Shown piece by piece: positions 8,179 to 18,569 of a DNA stretch of 18,569 nucleotides. The DNA is from Selaginella moellendorffii. Taxonomy: Eukaryota > Plantae > Lycopodiophyta. The position numbers were made by a program, and so were the translations under genes. The stretch covers positions 1-18,569 of the forward strand of contig NW_003314515.1 in NCBI RefSeq assembly GCF_000143415.4. The letters are read 5' to 3'. Position 1 is the first letter of the stretch; each line of letters begins with the position of its first letter. The notes under the pieces are model-generated. The model was given only the letters and a program-made list of their open reading frames with translations, did no database searches and was not told where the DNA came from.

Positions 8179-9654
8179 TTACAAAAGCGAATCTTTATTA
8201 CGAGTCTCATACTCCGTGACAAGCTCACGAGCATGTGTAAGATGACTAAGAGGCTCCCAAGTTGATTCACAAGATGGGTAACCTTTCCACTTAACTAAAT
8301 ATTCCTTCACACGAGCCCGTCTCCGGAACCGGGAATCCAAGATAGTTTCCACTTCGTATTCAGGTTCACCGTCCACAACGTCTGGGGGCGGACGAATCTC
8401 CCCTTGACGCGCAACATCCATAGTGTAAGGAGCCAATAAATTGGCATGAAATACATTATGAACATTGGACATCTCCGCAGGAAGATCCAACCGATAGGAT
8501 ACATCACCAATGCGTTTTAGCACCCGATAGGGTCCAACATATCTCGGCAAGAGCTTCCGAGACAAAGAACCCTTAATGTTCAAGTTTCGGGAAGATAGCC
8601 ACACCTGATCTCCCACTTGATAGGATACATCCCGACGATACTGATCCTTATCACGTCGATACCTATCCTGAGCTTTGCCCATCGCCTCGGTAGCTTTAGA
8701 CCAACCTTGGCGTAGCTGCTCCGCATAAGTTTCCACGGCTGGGACCAACACCTCGGTCATTGGTTTTGGGACAACGATCTGTTGAGGAACCCCACGAGCA
8801 TTCCCTTGCAACATCTCCCATGGAGAACAGCCTATAGCGCTGTGAAATGTGTTGTTATAACAAATTTCTGCCGTATCCAAATGCTCAACCCAGTCGCGTT
8901 GGTCCGCCGCGACATAGTACCGCAGATAATCCTCAACTTGAGCATTCACGCGTTCGGTCTGCCCATCGGTTTGAGGATGGTAAGCTGTACTAAACTTCAA
9001 CTTGGTACCAAACAACTGGAATAGGGTCCCCCAAAACTTCCCCGTAAACCTCGAATCTCTATCTGAGATCATTTCTTCAGGGAGACCACGAACTCGCACT
9101 ACTTCATGGAAAAAAAGCTTTGCTGCTTGTTTCGCATTTACTGTTCCCACAGTTGGAATGAAGTGTGCAATCTTTGACAAACGATCCACAACCACCATCA
9201 AAGTATCATAACCCTTAGACTTCGGCAAGCAAGTGACGAAATCAAGTGTCACACTTTGAAATGGCCATGCCGGTGCTGGAATGCACTGCAACTTTCCAGC
9301 CTGTTTCTCAGTTCTGCGCTTACATTGCTGGCATACAGGACAGGAACGGACATAGTCCGCTACATCATCTTCCATACCAGACCAGAAAAATCCCTTTTTC
9401 AATGAAGCCAGAGTCTTTCGCTGTCCACCATGTCCCGCTGCTGGAACATCGTGATGTTCCCGCAGAAATAACTGCTGAAGATCCTTAGAGGGAAGATACA
9501 ATCTTTCTTGCTTATAGAATATAAGCCCATCCCGAACTGAGAAGTGAAGCTTCGCATTAGTGCGACTAGCAACTTTTGCTGCTTCGCTACCAGGGCTCTG
9601 CTTCAACAACCCCCGCACGGCATAAGATTGCCTTCGCCAATGGATCACTTCCAT
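8179..9654 (-). CDS. pol: Ty3/gypsy integrase with GPY/F motif and chromodomain (3' part of a frameshifted pol)
   Basis: HHCC (HDVPAAGH...CPVC), DDE core (VTLDF, ISDRD, QTERVN), KLLPRYVGPYRV, and chromodomain YEVETILD...YLVKWKGYPSCESTWEP with intact aromatic residues. Confidence 0.95.
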   Translation of the reverse strand: MEVIHWRRQSYAVRGLLKQSPGSEAAKVASRTNAKLHFSVRDGLIFYKQERLYLPSKDLQQLFLREHHDVPAAGHGGQRKTLASLKKGFFWSGMEDDVADYVRSCPVCQQCKRRTEKQAGKLQCIPAPAWPFQSVTLDFVTCLPKSKGYDTLMVVVDRLSKIAHFIPTVGTVNAKQAAKLFFHEVVRVRGLPEEMISDRDSRFTGKFWGTLFQLFGTKLKFSTAYHPQTDGQTERVNAQVEDYLRYYVAADQRDWVEHLDTAEICYNNTFHSAIGCSPWEMLQGNARGVPQQIVVPKPMTEVLVPAVETYAEQLRQGWSKATEAMGKAQDRYRRDKDQYRRDVSYQVGDQVWLSSRNLNIKGSLSRKLLPRYVGPYRVLKRIGDVSYRLDLPAEMSNVHNVFHANLLAPYTMDVARQGEIRPPPDVVDGEPEYEVETILDSRFRRRARVKEYLVKWKGYPSCESTWEPLSHLTHARELVTEYETRNKDSLL

Positions 9655-10438
9655 ACGAAGCCCGAACGTCCTTCAACCAGTCTGAACTGATTGCCGATAT
9701 TGCCCGGAACTGAGCTTGACGACTCAACGCATCCGGAACAATATTGTCTTTACCAGGTTTATATATGATTTCAATATCATATCTAGCAAGCTTCTCTTGC
9801 CAACGAGCCTGCTTCGGCGTAAGCTTAGGCTGCGTAGCAAAGTAGCTTAGTGTGTTACTATCTGTATAAACCTTGGTATGTCCACCCAAGTAGTGTCTCC
9901 AGTGTTCCAGGGCCGACACTATAGCAAACATCTCTTTCTCATGCGTTGGCCATCTTCGTTGGGTCTCATCCAATTTCTTGGAATAGAACGCAACGGGACA
10001 ACCATGTCGCCTTAGCGTAACACCAACCGCTTTGTCACAATCTTGCTGCAACACGGCACCAATAGCATAGCCAGATGCATCACAATGCACTTCGAAGGGT
10101 TTATCAAGATCTGGGATCCTGAGAACAGGAACCGTAGTCAAGATCTCCTTCAACCGTGCAAAAGCACGCTGGCAAGCTGGTGTCCAATGAAACGGAATAC
10201 TACTCTTCGTCAACTCAGTCAACGGAAGAGCAATTCTTGCAAAATTGCGGACAAACTTGCGATAGTATCCTGCCAAACCGAGAAAGGAACGAACATCTGA
10301 TACAGTGGTCGGAACTTCCCAGGACTTCACCGCTTCCACCTTCTTTGGATCGACCTCAATCACGCCAGCACCAACTATATGTCCGAGAAAGTTTACGCGC
10401 AATTGACCAAAAGCGCATTTACTTTCCTTCGCATACAG
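9587..10438 (-). CDS. pol: Ty3/gypsy reverse transcriptase C-terminus and RNase H (5'-truncated pol)
   Basis: The frame is open from 10438: LYAKESKCAFGQLRVNFLGH, VRSFLGLAGYYRKF, VHCDASGYAIGAVL, HEKEMFAIV, VYTD, YKPGKDNIVPDALSR. YxDD would lie upstream of the break. Confidence 0.95.
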   Translation of the reverse strand: MYAKESKCAFGQLRVNFLGHIVGAGVIEVDPKKVEAVKSWEVPTTVSDVRSFLGLAGYYRKFVRNFARIALPLTELTKSSIPFHWTPACQRAFARLKEILTTVPVLRIPDLDKPFEVHCDASGYAIGAVLQQDCDKAVGVTLRRHGCPVAFYSKKLDETQRRWPTHEKEMFAIVSALEHWRHYLGGHTKVYTDSNTLSYFATQPKLTPKQARWQEKLARYDIEIIYKPGKDNIVPDALSRQAQFRAISAISSDWLKDVRASYGSDPLAKAILCRAGVVEAEPW

Positions 10439-11585
10439 TGTAGCGCACGTGGTTTTGACCCTTTATCCTATGGTGATTTACCATAGGATAACACCACGAA
10501 GCGGAACCTAAACCCTCTTTGTGCCACGTGACAGATGCCACGTGTCACATGCCACGTGTCCATGCCACGTGTTCATAGGAACCCGAGGTTCAGGGCCTTG
10601 GGCCACTGAACGAAGGAACGGTGCCAAACTCCCAAGCGTGACGCCAAGGAGTGATGAAACCGGACCACGGAGCAACTCCCGAGCATATAGCCCAAGGAGC
10701 GAAGGGACAGGGGACCGGAGCGACTTGGAACAGTCCTAGAGCAACCAGCATCCCAATGCCAGAACCAGCACGCAAAACGGAGCCAAACGGAGTCTGGCGC
10801 TATTTCGGCATACCGGTGGCCTAACGCGAGGATATGGGTACTCCACCAACTAGCATGGAATGGAACTTGGGCTTAGACCCAAGCCGGACGCAGAACAAGG
10901 ACAGGCATGCAAGCGGGAGCTAGACTATGCCTCAGGTTGGTCGGCCATGCCCGACCTACCCACTATCCCTACTATACATTTGGAACCCCCCACAGCCCCC
11001 CCTCCCTTGAGGAACACACGCTTTGGGCTTTCACCCCAAGCCTCCCTTAGTATCAGGAGTTAGTCTCTGGGACAAGCTTAAAACTTACTAAATATGGAAT
11101 GTCCTTAGAATGCGAATTTGGACACAGGACGAACACCATTGTGTTCAGGCCGACCTCTACATTCCGTAGATATGCCAAATGAGCGAATCTAGACACTTTC
11201 CATAAATAGCATTTGGGACCGAAATGAGACTAACACAAAGGGCATGATAGCGAGGGTGTTTGGCAGACACGGTAAGCTATCATGTAGCGATATTGAGGGA
11301 CCAATCTCAATACGCGAGGGTTCTTGTCAAGCCAGTGCAAGACAGAGCAAAAGAGAACTAAAAAGCCAGGCCGAGTATGCTTGGCTGAATAGACACTTAG
11401 GAATTCCGTCCTTATGTCCATCTGGCTAAGTACAGATGCAAAGTCCAGTTTACTAACACTTGAACAAGAGGGGCTAATAAAGGGTCCAGCAATACCGACC
11501 TCCTGCCATCGTGGCAGTAAGGAAAGAGTGTCCGTAAGGATTGGTCGACAGGTAACTTTCGATACCCGAAGTCACATTCGCGACA
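10439..11585 (-). repeat. 3' LTR (1147 bp)
   Basis: + strand TGTAGCGC...CGCGACA, a direct repeat of 16570-17714, with the PPT adjacent. Confidence 0.93.
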
Positions 11586-11598
11586 CTCTCCCCCCCTT
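11586..11598 (-). promoter_or_regulatory. Polypurine tract
   Basis: AAGGGGGGGAGAG, identical to 7578-7566. Confidence 0.9.
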
Positions 11599-12339
11599 GG
11601 GAAGATCGACGTCCTCGTCGATGCATACTCGAGTCTAGAATACCGCCAAGGAAACAACTCCATAAAAAGTTCACGGTACTCACACTATGTGAGAAATGCA
11701 CCAACTTAAATGAGTTAGGGGGAACCTCTTTGTCTAACGCGGATGCGCTACCAGCTCAGACACCTTCCGGCCGTCGCCGACAAGGAAATGACCAACAGAA
11801 TCAGCCACCCTTGCTGCTCTGGGTGTCACCCAGCTACAAAAGTGTGATATGCCCTGCCCGCAGAGACATAGAGAGAGAAGCCAGAGGCCCCAACCCTCCT
11901 GAGCAAAGAAACCAAACCCGTCGGTAAGGTTTAGATAGACTACTGTCAACAGGCAGTTTAGAGTTGTTTACACGGTCACGCCCTTTCACGGAACAAGGAA
12001 CATCGACAGAGAGGCGGGTTATGTGACCAGTCGACAGTAGCTACCCCATGACTAGAGATTTCAACATGCACATGAAGTGCCGAAGCCAGTCTGCCTATAC
12101 TGGCCCAAACTCAAAGATCAATATATATGGACATATCAAAGTCATAAACAATGATATCTTAGAGATTTAATTATCAGTGAATAAAGCTTAGATTAGAACA
12201 CAAAAGTATTCCAAGTAAGTTATCATCCGATAAACGAGTATTATAGTATAAGAACCACCAAGATCACTATCAGTGGAAAACATAGAATTCACCATCTAAC
12301 AAAATTCAATAGCAAGTATATCATCAAGTAAACTCAATG

Positions 12340-15300
12340 AGAAAACTTAACTACCGAAAATGGCTGATAGCATGCCAAACAACTCACAAAACACAACTCA
12401 AAGAACACAAAGTATCGTTGACTAACAAGCACAATGCTCGCGAATGTATCACCCGAAGGAAATAACATCCTAATCTATGAGAACTAACTTCGAGCAATAA
12501 TCAACAGAACAAAATGAATGTTGCAAAGCAAACAAACGCTTGTTCATATTAACCATTACACTAGCCAATCCGAATAGATCCCAGCCAACAACACAAAGGA
12601 ACTCAAGTTGCCTAAGCAAGTGTTAGCAACATCTACGGATGTCTCAAACCCAAGAGACCAATCCAGAGCAAACCACAAAGAATATGTGGTATTGTGAAAA
12701 GCCATAAGCCATCAAAAAGAACAACTAACCATCATGAAAGATCATCAATCATCCCATCAATAAAGAGATGCAAAATCATCGTCTAAGAAGGAATCCACCA
12801 TCCCGAAGAATAGCGAATCAATCTAGATCAACGATAATCAAGCAAAACCTCTGACAAAGATAATCAATTATCCCAGATGATAGTCAATCATCACCAATGA
12901 TTGCTAGATGCAAATACTAACTTCAACATCGAAGCTAATGAGCCAAAAATGCCTTCCCCAACAACTTCTAACAAATGGAACAATGAGCACAAAACTCAAG
13001 AACCAAAAGCTCGAAGAAGCCTATAACTAAGTCTTGCCTAATAATGATCACGAGTCTCATAGAAGCTAACTTCAATGCTAAAGAAGAAATCATGGTGCAA
13101 CCCACAATATCTTCCTCAACACATCCATAAGCCAAACTTCATAATGCCAAAGCTTAATGAAGAGCATTTCTGCATCAATCCAAAAGCTAAGCATAACGAA
13201 GCTATGTTTAACAAGTGATCATCAAACGATCCTCCATGAATCCATCTATAGCAAGACGTAACTCACTTCATAACAAGCTCAAAAAGAATCATTAATGATC
13301 GCTATATTCCAACTCAAATCCAGCAAGGACTCAACATTCTAATATCGATCACTAACTCTTCTTCCTCTTGTAGAGTTAGCATAATCCACGACTAAATCAC
13401 TTTTCAAGGAAAAGCTAAAGCTCAATCCTCTACTAAATAATCTCGTCTAGAACACAACTAACTCAACTTGCCACTCAGTTCATTTGAACGTCAATATAGT
13501 TGTTAACTAGCAAATGCATGAATGCTAACAACACAAAGCTAAAGCCAAATCATCAACACTATTATCATCAGGACTAATGAAACTCAATATCAATCCTTGG
13601 AAGGATATCTCATTTCACTCGAATCTCAATGTCAACAACATCAATGACAAGGCATCACTTTAATGCCATCAACATCAGGACAAAGCTAGAAGAAAGCTAG
13701 AGTGAATCACCACTCAAAACTTTCTAGCAACCAAGCTAACCACAGTCGAAGATACCTTAGTGTGTATCCAAGACCAATCCTTCAGCAATACTCAGTTTCA
13801 GATACATATCATCAAGGAGTGATTCACCACGTCCAAGACTCAATGAAATCCAACACTACGGACTAGACGTAACCAAATGATATCGACAGAGGTAGAGTCG
13901 ACAAGCCAACATGAAAACTCATGTAAGTCTAACGACATGATCCTCCGCAACACCACCTGGTAAAGCAAGCCCATCACTGCTAAATCATCATCGAGCAAAG
14001 CAAGTGTCAACAGTCCTTGATGAAGTCTAGAAGTAATCACTAGTCGCAAAGCAACTAACAATCACCCCTCAACTTGCCTTCACAAGACCCAAACACTAAC
14101 TCATGTCATCGAGTTACATACTTGTCCAACATGAACATAATACCCCAGGTACGAGATAAAAGTTCATAAACAAGCACAAATCAAATGACCACTCGAATCC
14201 AATTCAACCGCCATAAGCTCACTAATGCATTTAGTCAATAGCTCTGAGCATGCCTTGAAGAGGCTAGCTATGTGATCAACACTCAGTCGAAACTAAAGTG
14301 AAGACCATGAGATGGACTCATATCGGTACACAACCTCCTCATAGACAAAGCTATAGTACGGGTACCAACATCTCAACCTCAAACAACTAAGTTGGACATC
14401 ACCATCTTCAGCCAAGGTGCAGGGCTACCAAGACTAAGTCAAGATCAGTGAGAGCTCACTACTCTCATAGAGTCTTAGCGAAATGCAAGGTGCAACCTGC
14501 CACCGAGCATAATGCTACAAAAGAAAGGCACAAGAGTCACCTTTCTTAGAAAAGCGCAACGGCCACTTTTCTACATCAACTCCAGACTCTATCCAACTCA
14601 ATTGCTTTAGCCCCAAAAGTTAGCATCCCTTTCGGGTCGCATCATACAAACTACCTACTAAGATCTAAGCCAACCGAAGTCAACTCCAACCCCTTCACTA
14701 GTTTGTACTGGCTTTCGAAAATGGAATGGTTTTCGAGCAAAGTGACCAACAGATTAGCCATTGGAAAAATCTAAGAAAATTTGTGGAAAATTTCCCATCC
14801 TAGAGAAAGAATGACTCTCAGTCCAGGAATGCAAACTTTCAAGACTCAACCAACTTCCTCCTACTAACAACTTCACATAGGTTCACCTCAACACAAGTTC
14901 TCATGACCAACAATATGCTTAAGCATCGAACATCTTTGCCCATTTAACTGATATCCAACACCGACATCCGCAAAGTGCAAAATGAGCATCCAAGGCTTGA
15001 TCACAAAGACCACATCATCGGATATCCACATTGCACTACCACTCTTCTTCAACCACCTTCAAGATCCAATGTGAAGCCAAAACACTAACAAGAAAAATGA
15101 CATGGAAAATCAAGCTCTAAGGAAAATTCCTCATCACTCGAATCAACAATGCCACTTCCACTAACACAAGTGCTAGCGATATCAATGCATCAACCTCACA
15201 CCTTCTCCATCCAATAATCTACTCCAAGTGCTAACGGATCAACAGATGAGCTATAGCAAATGAATGCTACAACCCATTCCCAACACCTTATGGGCAAACC

Positions 15301-15840
15301 CTCAAGGAAACAAGGTACCAACATAAGCTTAGCATAATGGACCACAATTGAGAATCCAGTCAAAGCTTACTACAATGCTACTTCGTGCAAGTAGACTAGC
15401 TTCTCCACCAACCACTTTGGGGTTGATCATCATTTATCCAAGCAACTTCGTAAACACATTGCTCATTATCACATGGATATGATATATAATCACAATGACT
15501 TGATCATCAATTGAGTAACACAATGAGCAATGCCTATGTCATTACTTCAAATGTTTATGTGAGTATCAAATGCCAACTCGATTCGACAAAATGCAACATA
15601 AATGCCACACTCCACCAATAGAGGTTTACGACACCCAACACCACTAACTTTTGTTCACAACACGAACAAGCTCATGCCACTCTCTTTCCGACCAAACTCA
15701 ACACTAATCCAACACCAAGCTACTCAAGGAGCAATAGCAAGGTTCCCCAGAAAAGAATTGAGCATTGCAACCCAAGTCTTCCAATAGCGAGCCTAGACAA
15801 AATGGTTTAGTGTTACACCACTATCCATCCCATAACTCAC
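12340..15840 (-). pseudogene. Heavily decayed Ty1/copia pol (PR-IN-RT-RH)
   Basis: Hand-translated minus-strand remnants occur in copia order: MDSGVTLNH (about 15825, protease DSGAT.H); AKLML...GLPIRCWEWVV (about 15300, integrase ARSML..LP..W.EAV); YIDVQ (about 13490) and SFDDHLL (about 13225) (RT QMDVK/YVDD spacing); GLVSW (about 12655), YIREH (about 12440) and LSAIF (about 12365) (RNase H ISW, FIREH, LADIFT). Each motif alone is weak, so order and spacing are the main support. Confidence 0.65.
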
Positions 15841-16556
15841 CATTTGTAAGACCATCATTTCCAACATGCATCAAGGTAGGGACTCTTGATTGCATTATGT
15901 GAACACAAGCAATGAGTTAACACCTCGTTGCAAATCATCTCTCCAAGAAGAGAAAATGATTTACGTATTTGATCCTCCGTCCTCGATGACTCTCTTTTCG
16001 GTCTCATCTTTGACCAAACCTCAAGCTTGCTTTCGCACTGCCTTCAGTTCAATCAAAGAAAAGTTTATGAGAGAGCACGGCGATAATTACTTGAACCAAT
16101 AGACTATTCCCTTATAGTCTTGATTGATCCACTTATAATCATGCCTAGGAAGGATCCACTAGTGCCGTGCTAAACAGCTACGGACCAGCCTATTTGCCAC
16201 TCATAGCAAACCCAGGTAGGTTTGCTTTCACCCATGGTACAAGGAATAACTCATGGAACCAACGATAGGCTAACATTAATCCTGCCAACTCAAAGTGCAA
16301 CCTTGAGTTGCTAATGCGCCTCACTCACGAGCCCAAGCTCAAACTCATGCAAACGGAACATCTCCAAACCATCCTATAAGCCCAAGCGCAAGCTCACATC
16401 ATAAGGTACAACAAGGTAACCCAAAACCTATCCCAAGGAACGATTGCGAAGCCTTTACACCAAAACGTGTACCCACTCGGATCATCGTTTTCATCTCTGC
16501 GTATGCAACGAGACTAGTTGCCCAATCTCATTGAATAGTACTCGCTGAGACTCATC

Positions 16557-16567
16557 CTCTGATACCA
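16557..16567 (-). promoter_or_regulatory. Primer binding site, tRNA-iMet
   Basis: TGGTATCAGAG on the minus strand, 2 nt after the CA end of the 5' LTR. Confidence 0.93.
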
Positions 16568-16569
16568 AA

Positions 16570-17714
16570 TGTAGCGCACGTGGTTTTGACCCTTTATCCT
16601 ATGGTGATTTACCATAGGATAACACCACGAAGCGGAACCTAAACCCTCTTTGTGCCACGTGACAGATGCCACGTGTCACATGCCACGTGTCCATGCCACG
16701 TGTCCATAGGAACCCGAGGTTCAGGGCCTTGGGCCACTGAACGAATGAACGGTGCCAAACTCCCAAGCATGGAGCCAAGGAGTGATGGAACCGAACCACG
16801 GAGTAACTCCCGAGCATAAAGCCCAAGGAGCGAAGGGACAGGGGCCCGGAGCGACTTGGAACAATCCTGGAGCAACCAGCATACCAATGCCAGAACCAGC
16901 ACGCAAAACGGAGCCAAACGGAGTCTGGCGCTATTTCGGCATACCGGTGGCCTAACGCGAGGATATGGGTACTCCACCAACTAGCATGGAATGGAACTTG
17001 GGCTTAGACCCAAGCCGGACGCAGAACAAGGACAGGCACGCAAGCGGGAGCTAGACTATGCCTCAGGTTGGTCGGCCATGCCCGACCTACCCACTATCCC
17101 TACTATACATTTGGAACCCCCCACAGCCCCCCCCCCTTGAGGAACACACGCTTTGGGCTTTCACCCCAAGCCTCCCTTAGTATCAGGAGTTAGTCTCTGG
17201 GACAAGCTTGAAACTTACTAAATATGGAATGTCCTTAGAATGTGAATTTGGACACGGGACGAACACCATTGTGTTCAGGCCGATCTCTACATTCCGTAGA
17301 TATGCCAAATGAGCAAATCTAGACATTTTCCATAAATAGTATTTGGGACCGAAATGAGACTAACACAAAGGGCATGATAGCGAGGGTGTTTGGCAGACAC
17401 GGTAAGCTATCATGTAGCGATATTGAGGGACCAATCTCAATACGCGAGGGTTCTTGTCAAGCCAGTGCAAGACAGAGCAAAAGAGAACTAAAAAGCCAGG
17501 CCGAGTATGCTCAGCTAGAAACACATAGGAGTTCCTACCTTATGTCCATCTGGCTAAGTACAGGTGCTAAGCCCAGTAAACTAACACTTGAACAAGAGGG
17601 GCTAATAAAGGGAACCAGCAATACCGACCTCCTGCCATCGTGGCAGTAAGGTAAGAGTGTCCGTAAGGACTAGCCGACAGGTAACTTTCGATACCCGAAG
17701 TCACATGCGCGACA
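16570..17714 (-). repeat. 5' LTR (1145 bp)
   Basis: + strand TGTAGCGC...CGCGACA, with the PBS adjacent. Confidence 0.93.
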
Positions 17715-18569
17715 GTCACGTGGCATGCAACCTCCAAGATGCCACCTCTCCAAGGGTTTGCCATGTGGCATCCATAGGTACCAACTCTCCAAGGGTTTAC
17801 CACGTGGCATGCAACCTCCAAGATGCCACCTCTCCAAGGGTTTGCCACGTGGCATGCTATAAGTACATAAAAGTATGCCACGTGGCATGCCACCTCATCC
17901 AAACCATCCGTCTGAATGCCACCTTCTAAAAGGTATAGCTCATGGCATATAAATTGCTCAAAATGTATGCCACGTGGCAAACCCTACCCTACCCTAAACC
18001 CTAAACCCTACACTTGCACATGGCATAGTGTTGCGTTCCATACATTGAGCCCGTGTGCCATCTTTAGAGCACGTGGAATAACACGTGGCGATATAAGTTA
18101 CTACGAAAAAAAACAACTCAAAAACATCCAACTTTAGCCGAAATATGAGTTGGCAACACTACATTTACTACCATGACACCAAGCTCGAAATATGTCACGT
18201 GACTCTTACCTTGAAAAACCACTAAAAACGGCACATGTTACATGGCATGAACAGTGTGCCACGTGTCATCCGCTCCTAGGAGTCGTCTTGTGACACTCGA
18301 AAAAAAAAAGTAAGAAAAAATGACCACTTTTTCATTGTTGATGTTGCAGAAGTCGCAGCACTTCCAGATTCTAAGCCCGAACACTAATACATGCTGTGGG
18401 GTGAAAGCCCAAAGCGTGTGTCTCCCAGGAGGGGGGGGCTGTGGGGGGTTCCAAAAGTATAGTAGGGATAGTGTGGGTGTTGGAGGTCGGGTAGCCGAGG
18501 TGGAGTCCGAGTTGAACTCGGAGTCCGAGTCCGGGTCCGATCCGGCGAGCGAGTGCTCTTCACGTGTAT
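17715..18569 (-). repeat. Inverted duplicate of subtelomeric segment about 2083-2940, running off the window end
   Basis: The reverse complement matches base by base apart from a few differences. ORF 17916-18137(+) is identical to ORF 2518-2739(-). Confidence 0.96.

Larger units (their letters stand above)
6648..10438 (-). mobile_element. 3' half of a Ty3/gypsy chromovirus (Tcn1-like): RT end-RH-IN-CHD, 3' UTR, PPT, 3' LTR
   Basis: RT-RH-IN domain order plus a chromodomain. PPT at 7578-7566 and LTR 7565-6648. Interrupted at 10438, and gag, PR and the 5' LTR are absent from the window. The clade assignment is tentative. Confidence 0.92.
10439..17714 (-). mobile_element. Non-autonomous LTR retrotransposon (7.3 kb): chromovirus-family LTRs/3' UTR with a decayed copia-type interior; no TSD
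   Basis: Two homologous TG...CA LTRs, a tRNA-iMet PBS and a PPT are present. No long ORF lies between them. The flanks TACAG (10434-10438) and GTCAC (17715-17719) differ. Confidence 0.88.

Noticed and set aside
13840-16102. Short ORFs (13840-14061, 15602-15787, 15890-16102) as genes
   Set aside because: They are short, have no recognisable domain, and are compatible with chance frames in decayed pol/gag.
17715-18569. Fold-back sequencing artefact
   Set aside because: The copy starts exactly at an LTR terminus, is about 15 kb from its partner and has internal substitutions. Only the last 30 or so bases look like read-end errors.

Overview
Eukaryotic chromosome end, plant-type and probably from a non-seed streptophyte (inferred). 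From left to right: (CCCTAAA)n telomere (1-313), fused directly into the open frame of a truncated Helitron-like Rep gene. Next come a hairpin-dense repeat region, a TATAGTAGGG promoter-like block, G-box and GC-rich satellites (the latter split by a 1.85-kb solo LTR with a GTCGG TSD), and a divergent but structurally compensated 5S rRNA gene. A Ty3/gypsy chromovirus 3' half follows (RT end, RNase H, integrase, chromodomain, PPT, LTR; minus strand). It is interrupted at 10438 by a second LTR element (10439-17714) that shares the chromovirus LTR family, PPT and 3' UTR but contains a heavily decayed Ty1/copia pol. That element has no TSD and is followed by an inverted, slightly diverged copy of the subtelomere (about 2083-2940). 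The most interesting signals are the gypsy-shell/copia-core chimera, a Pol I start-site-like block shared by all LTRs and the rDNA-spacer-like subtelomere, and a possible two-telomere recombination product. All alignments and translations outside the ORF track were done by eye.
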